This document shows, piece after piece, positions 24,401-26,883 of a stretch of 26,883 bases of DNA. Position numbers and translations under genes: made by a program. Numbering within the stretch: position 1 is the stretch's first letter; each line of letters opens with the position of its first letter. Under the pieces are notes generated by a model. The model was not told the origin of the DNA. It saw only the letters and a program-made list of their open reading frames with translations, and searched no databases. This DNA is from Trichoplax sp. H2 (Eukaryota): contig NOWV01000132.1 of the NCBI GenBank assembly GCA_003344405.1, positions 186,001 through 212,883 of the forward strand, given 5' to 3'.

Positions 24401-24640
24401 TAATGCCTGTTGATGATGTTGAATCCATTGTAAATGGGCATGGGAATCCATCCACTTGGCATCATCCTTGTCGACTACTGCAGCTGCTGCTGCTGCTGCT
24501 GCTGTGGTAGCCATGTTGTTCTTCTCGCCATCACACAGAAATCCTTGGTCATGGCGACCGCCATCGTGACTGTCACTTGGATCGCCGTCATGCCCGTCCA
24601 TGGGCATTTTCTCGCCAACAGAAGTGGCTGGCATCACCAT
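14840..24640 (-). CDS. KANSL1: KAT8 regulatory NSL complex subunit 1 (KANSL1/NSL1, PEHE-domain protein). Spliced model: join of 24640-23925, 20771-20602, 19858-19625, 18785-18698, 17314-17217, 16954-16856, 16468-15696, 15409-14840
   Basis: All 7 introns are GT..AG and phase-compatible; exon sum is 2748 nt = 915 aa + stop. Motifs recognised from vertebrate KANSL1 occur in the correct order: coiled coil ([23 protein letters not shown]), [108 protein letters not shown]. Homology is recognised from memory; no search was run. Confidence 0.93.
15696..16468 (-). CDS. KANSL1: KANSL1 coding exon 7 (FDINNIVIP...KEILTPSWR, start of PEHE domain, N/T-rich linker)
   Basis: Poly-T tract + TAG acceptor, 773-nt open frame, GAG|GTATCG donor; near-identity to the KANSL1 '[26 protein letters not shown]' block. 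Confidence 0.92.
16856..16954 (-). CDS. KANSL1: KANSL1 coding exon 6 ([32 protein letters not shown])
   Basis: Open frame, TAG acceptor, AG|GTAAGT donor, symmetric phase 1->1, 99 nt. Confidence 0.7.
17217..17314 (-). CDS. KANSL1: KANSL1 coding exon 5 ([32 protein letters not shown])
   Basis: Open frame, TAG acceptor, GTAAGT donor; phases 2->1 bridge the neighbouring exons. No conserved motif, so boundaries are less certain. Confidence 0.7.
17405..18445. repeat. Compound intronic minisatellite (77-bp x4, 80-bp x4, ~75-bp x5) in a KANSL1 intron
   Basis: Shared core tattgaagcat.tt..gtgat at 17411, 17488, 17565, 17642, 17719, 17799, 17879, 17959, 18039, 18114, 18190, 18263, 18338, 18427. Confidence 0.93.
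18698..18785 (-). CDS. KANSL1: KANSL1 coding exon 4 ([15 protein letters not shown]...)
   Basis: TATAG acceptor, AG|GTAAGT donor, phases 1->2; continues the HPxL...D(V/I)P...F motif. Confidence 0.85.
19625..19858 (-). CDS. KANSL1: KANSL1 coding exon 3 (ARVRP WDR5-interaction-like motif; [23 protein letters not shown])
   Basis: Long pyrimidine tract and TAGTAG acceptor (alternative start 19855); G|GTAACT donor; phases 1->1. Confidence 0.88.
20602..20771 (-). CDS. KANSL1: KANSL1 coding exon 2 ([27 protein letters not shown])
   Basis: CTTGTAG acceptor, GTAAGT donor, phases 2->1; resembles the conserved KANSL1 'RAAIVSRWNWLQ' block. Confidence 0.9.
20820..21380. repeat. ~93-100-bp intronic tandem repeat, ~6 copies, containing GGTTAGGGTTAGGG
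   Basis: ggatccagtagagtaaaa at 20902, 21002, 21098, 21197, 21290; telomere-type hexamers in 4 of the copies. Confidence 0.92.
23925..24640 (-). CDS. KANSL1: KANSL1 coding exon 1 (poly-Ala, coiled coil, [12 protein letters not shown])
   Basis: 239-aa ORF. The ATG is directly preceded by a pyrimidine tract + TAG acceptor, so an upstream exon is likely. Ends CAACG|GTAAGT (phase 2). Confidence 0.9.
24478..24504 (-). repeat. Coding (GCA)n tract encoding poly-alanine in KANSL1
   Basis: ctgcagctgctgctgctgctgctgctg on +; [13 protein letters not shown] in the protein. Confidence 0.85.
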
Positions 24641-24749
24641 CTATGCCAAGCCACGATGATGAAAGAAAGGAGAGAACAAGTATGGGAAAAGAATCAATCC
24701 AAGACCTTAATTGCTGACTGAAAATCCAATTTCTTCTCGACCTTCTTGT

Positions 24750-25015
24750 CCAGTTTGTGCGCGCCTTCTTCTCCCTCTATCGCCTATCATGCAACACCCG
24801 AGTCAGTCAGTCAGTCAACTGGACCAGGCGAACCCAACCGGACCCAAACGGGCCCAACAAAACAACGCTACAAAGCACGTGATCTTCAACGGGTGACGTT
24901 CAAGACAACCGTACTACCGTGGTTGGAAAAAAATGGCGGCCGTCATCCATTGATCCGCCAACCGTACGGTACCATACCGTACCGTACCGTACTGGATCAT
25001 CGGCTTCATCGTACA
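24750..25015. promoter_or_regulatory. Putative KANSL1 promoter/5' region
   Basis: CpG-rich patch 110-375 bp upstream of the ATG; E-box CACGTG (24876-24881), half-CRE TGACG (~24893), YY1-like AAAATGGCGGC (24930-24940), CCGTA cluster (24961-24992). Confidence 0.55.
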
Positions 25016-25024
25016 GCATGGACT

Positions 25025-26500
25025 GGCAAAGCGCAAACTTGCTATCACTGTATTTTACACTGTAGTCATTGTACTGTACACTGTAGTCATTGTGACCATC
25101 ACTCTACAGAGTATGGTACACTGTAGTCACTGTCCACAGTACAGTACAGTACTGTACTGTATGGAAAAAACCGCTTGGACAAGTGTACTGTACACTGTAG
25201 TCACTGTCCACAGTATGGAAAAAACCGCTTGGACAAGTGTACTATACACTGTAGCCACTGTCCACAGTACTGTATGGAAAAATGCTCTTGGAAAAGTGTA
25301 CTGTACACTGTAGTCACTGTCCACAGTATGGAAACAACCGCTTGGACAAGTGTACACTGTAGTGATTGTCCACAGTATGGAAAAATGCTCTTGGACAAGT
25401 GTACACTGTAGTCACTGTCCACAGTACTGTATGGAAAAAAGCGCTTGGAAAAGTGTACTGTACACTGTAGTCACTGTCCACAGTATGGAAACAACCGCTT
25501 GGACAAGTGTACACTGTAGTGATTGTCCACAGTATGGAAAAATGCTCTTGGAAAAGTGTACACTGTAGTCACTGTCCACAGTATGGAAAAATGCTCTTGG
25601 ACAAGTGTACACTGTAGTCACTGTCCACAGTACTGTATGGAAAAAAGCGCTTGGAAAAGTGTACTGTACACTGTAGTCACTGTCCACAGTATGGAAAAAA
25701 CCGCTTGGACAAGTGTACTATACACTGTAGCCACTGTCCACAGTACTGTATGGAAAAATGCTCTTGGAAAAGTGTACTGTACACTGTAGTCACTGTCCAC
25801 AGTATGGAAACAACCGCTTGGACAAGTGTACACTGTAGTGATTGTCCACAGTATGGAAAAATGCTCTTGGACAAGTGTACACTGTAGTCAGTACTAGTCA
25901 CTGTCCACAGTACTGTATGGAAAAAACCGCTTGGACAAGTGTACACTGTAGCCACTGTCCACAGTACTGTATGGAAAAAAGCGCTTGGAAAAGTGTACTG
26001 TACACTGTAGTCACTGTCCACAGTATGGAAAAAACCGCTTGGACAAGTGTACTATACACTGTAGCCACTGTCCACAGTACTGTATGGAAAAATGCTCTTG
26101 GAAAAGTGTACTGTACACTGTAGTCACTGTCCACAGTATGGAAAAAACCGCTTGGACAAGTGCACACTGTAGTCACTGTCCACAGCATGGAAAAATGCTT
26201 AGTAGTGATTGTACTGTACACTGTAGTAACTGTGACCATCACTCCATCGTACTGTACACTGTACACTGTAGTCACTGTACACTGTAGCCACTGTCCACTG
26301 TATGGAAAAATGCTTTTTCCGCTTTTCATCCTACAGCATGGAAGCGCAAGCGCAAACTTGCCATCACTCTATTCCACACTGTAGTGACTGTCAACAGTAT
26401 GGAAAATGCTTTTGCACAAGTGCCATAACTATTGCAAACTTGCCATCACTCTATTCTACACTGTAGTGACTGGCAACACGGTGGAAAAATGCTTTTGCAC
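25025..26500. repeat. Satellite-like array of ~48-58-bp palindrome-rich units
   Basis: Unit cactgtagtcactgtccacagt(actgt)atggaaaaa(accgc|tgctc|agcgc)ttgga(c|a)aagtgta(ctgta); block duplication seen as near-identical ORFs at 25175 and 25651 (offset 476). Confidence 0.95.
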
Positions 26501-26883
26501 AAGTGTTTGGCGCTCGCATGTGGCCCAAATACAGCGTAATGCTCGGCTCCCAAAATCCAGTATCCACTGCTACAGTGGACAGCAAGTTCCACATAGTAAG
26601 TAACATACAGTAAGTACAGTATGTACTGTGCACAGAGTTCATCCTCTACAGTGTACAGTGTACAGTGTACAGTACTGCAAGGGACAGGACCCGCATGGTA
26701 CTGTACTCTCCATTGTTGACATTGTCATTTCATCATCCGGTAAAATCATCGAGGTCAGAAAAAAAAGAAAAAAAAAAACGCTTCCTTTTTTTTTCTCGAT
26801 CTCTGCCTAAAACCATCAAGGAATCTTCTACTATACAGTATAGAGTACAACAAAAGAAAATCCAAACGATGCATCATTCTACT

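Noticed and set aside
1..24640. Functional clustering of KANSL1 and a HURP-like gene (both have reported spindle roles in vertebrates)
   Set aside because: Adjacency of two genes in a eukaryote is weak evidence and the DLGAP subfamily is unresolved; conserved microsynteny would be needed.
25092..26384. Many overlapping Cys/His-rich ORFs (HCSHCPQY) resembling zinc fingers
   Set aside because: They occur in several frames on both strands and shift frame with 5-bp unit indels; they are translation by-products of the satellite.

Overview
AT-rich eukaryotic, intron-containing genomic DNA, most likely from a compact animal genome. An early-branching metazoan such as a placozoan is my inference only. 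By manual translation across GT-AG introns I can support two minus-strand genes that the ORF track largely misses. (1) An apparently complete 8-coding-exon KANSL1/NSL1 gene (24640->14840, 2748 nt CDS, 915 aa), with coiled coil, [12 protein letters not shown] motif, WDR5-binding ARxRP motif and a PEHE domain split by a ~168-aa low-complexity linker. (2) Three exons of a GKAP/SAPAP-HURP (DLGAP family) domain gene (1605->1) that runs off the left edge. About a dozen unrelated tandem-repeat/minisatellite arrays fill introns and intergenic space; several have higher-order structure or internal dyad symmetry, and one carries TTAGGG motifs. Two CpG-rich promoter-like patches (~8.8 kb and ~24.9 kb) share an unusual CCGTA/TACGG pentamer cluster. 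A 20-N gap at 12760-12779 has duplicated flanks that look like an assembly or haplotype artefact. I found no CRISPR array, tRNA, rRNA or transposase. I see no convincing new multi-gene system; the best leads are the shared promoter motif, the split PEHE domain and the structured repeats.
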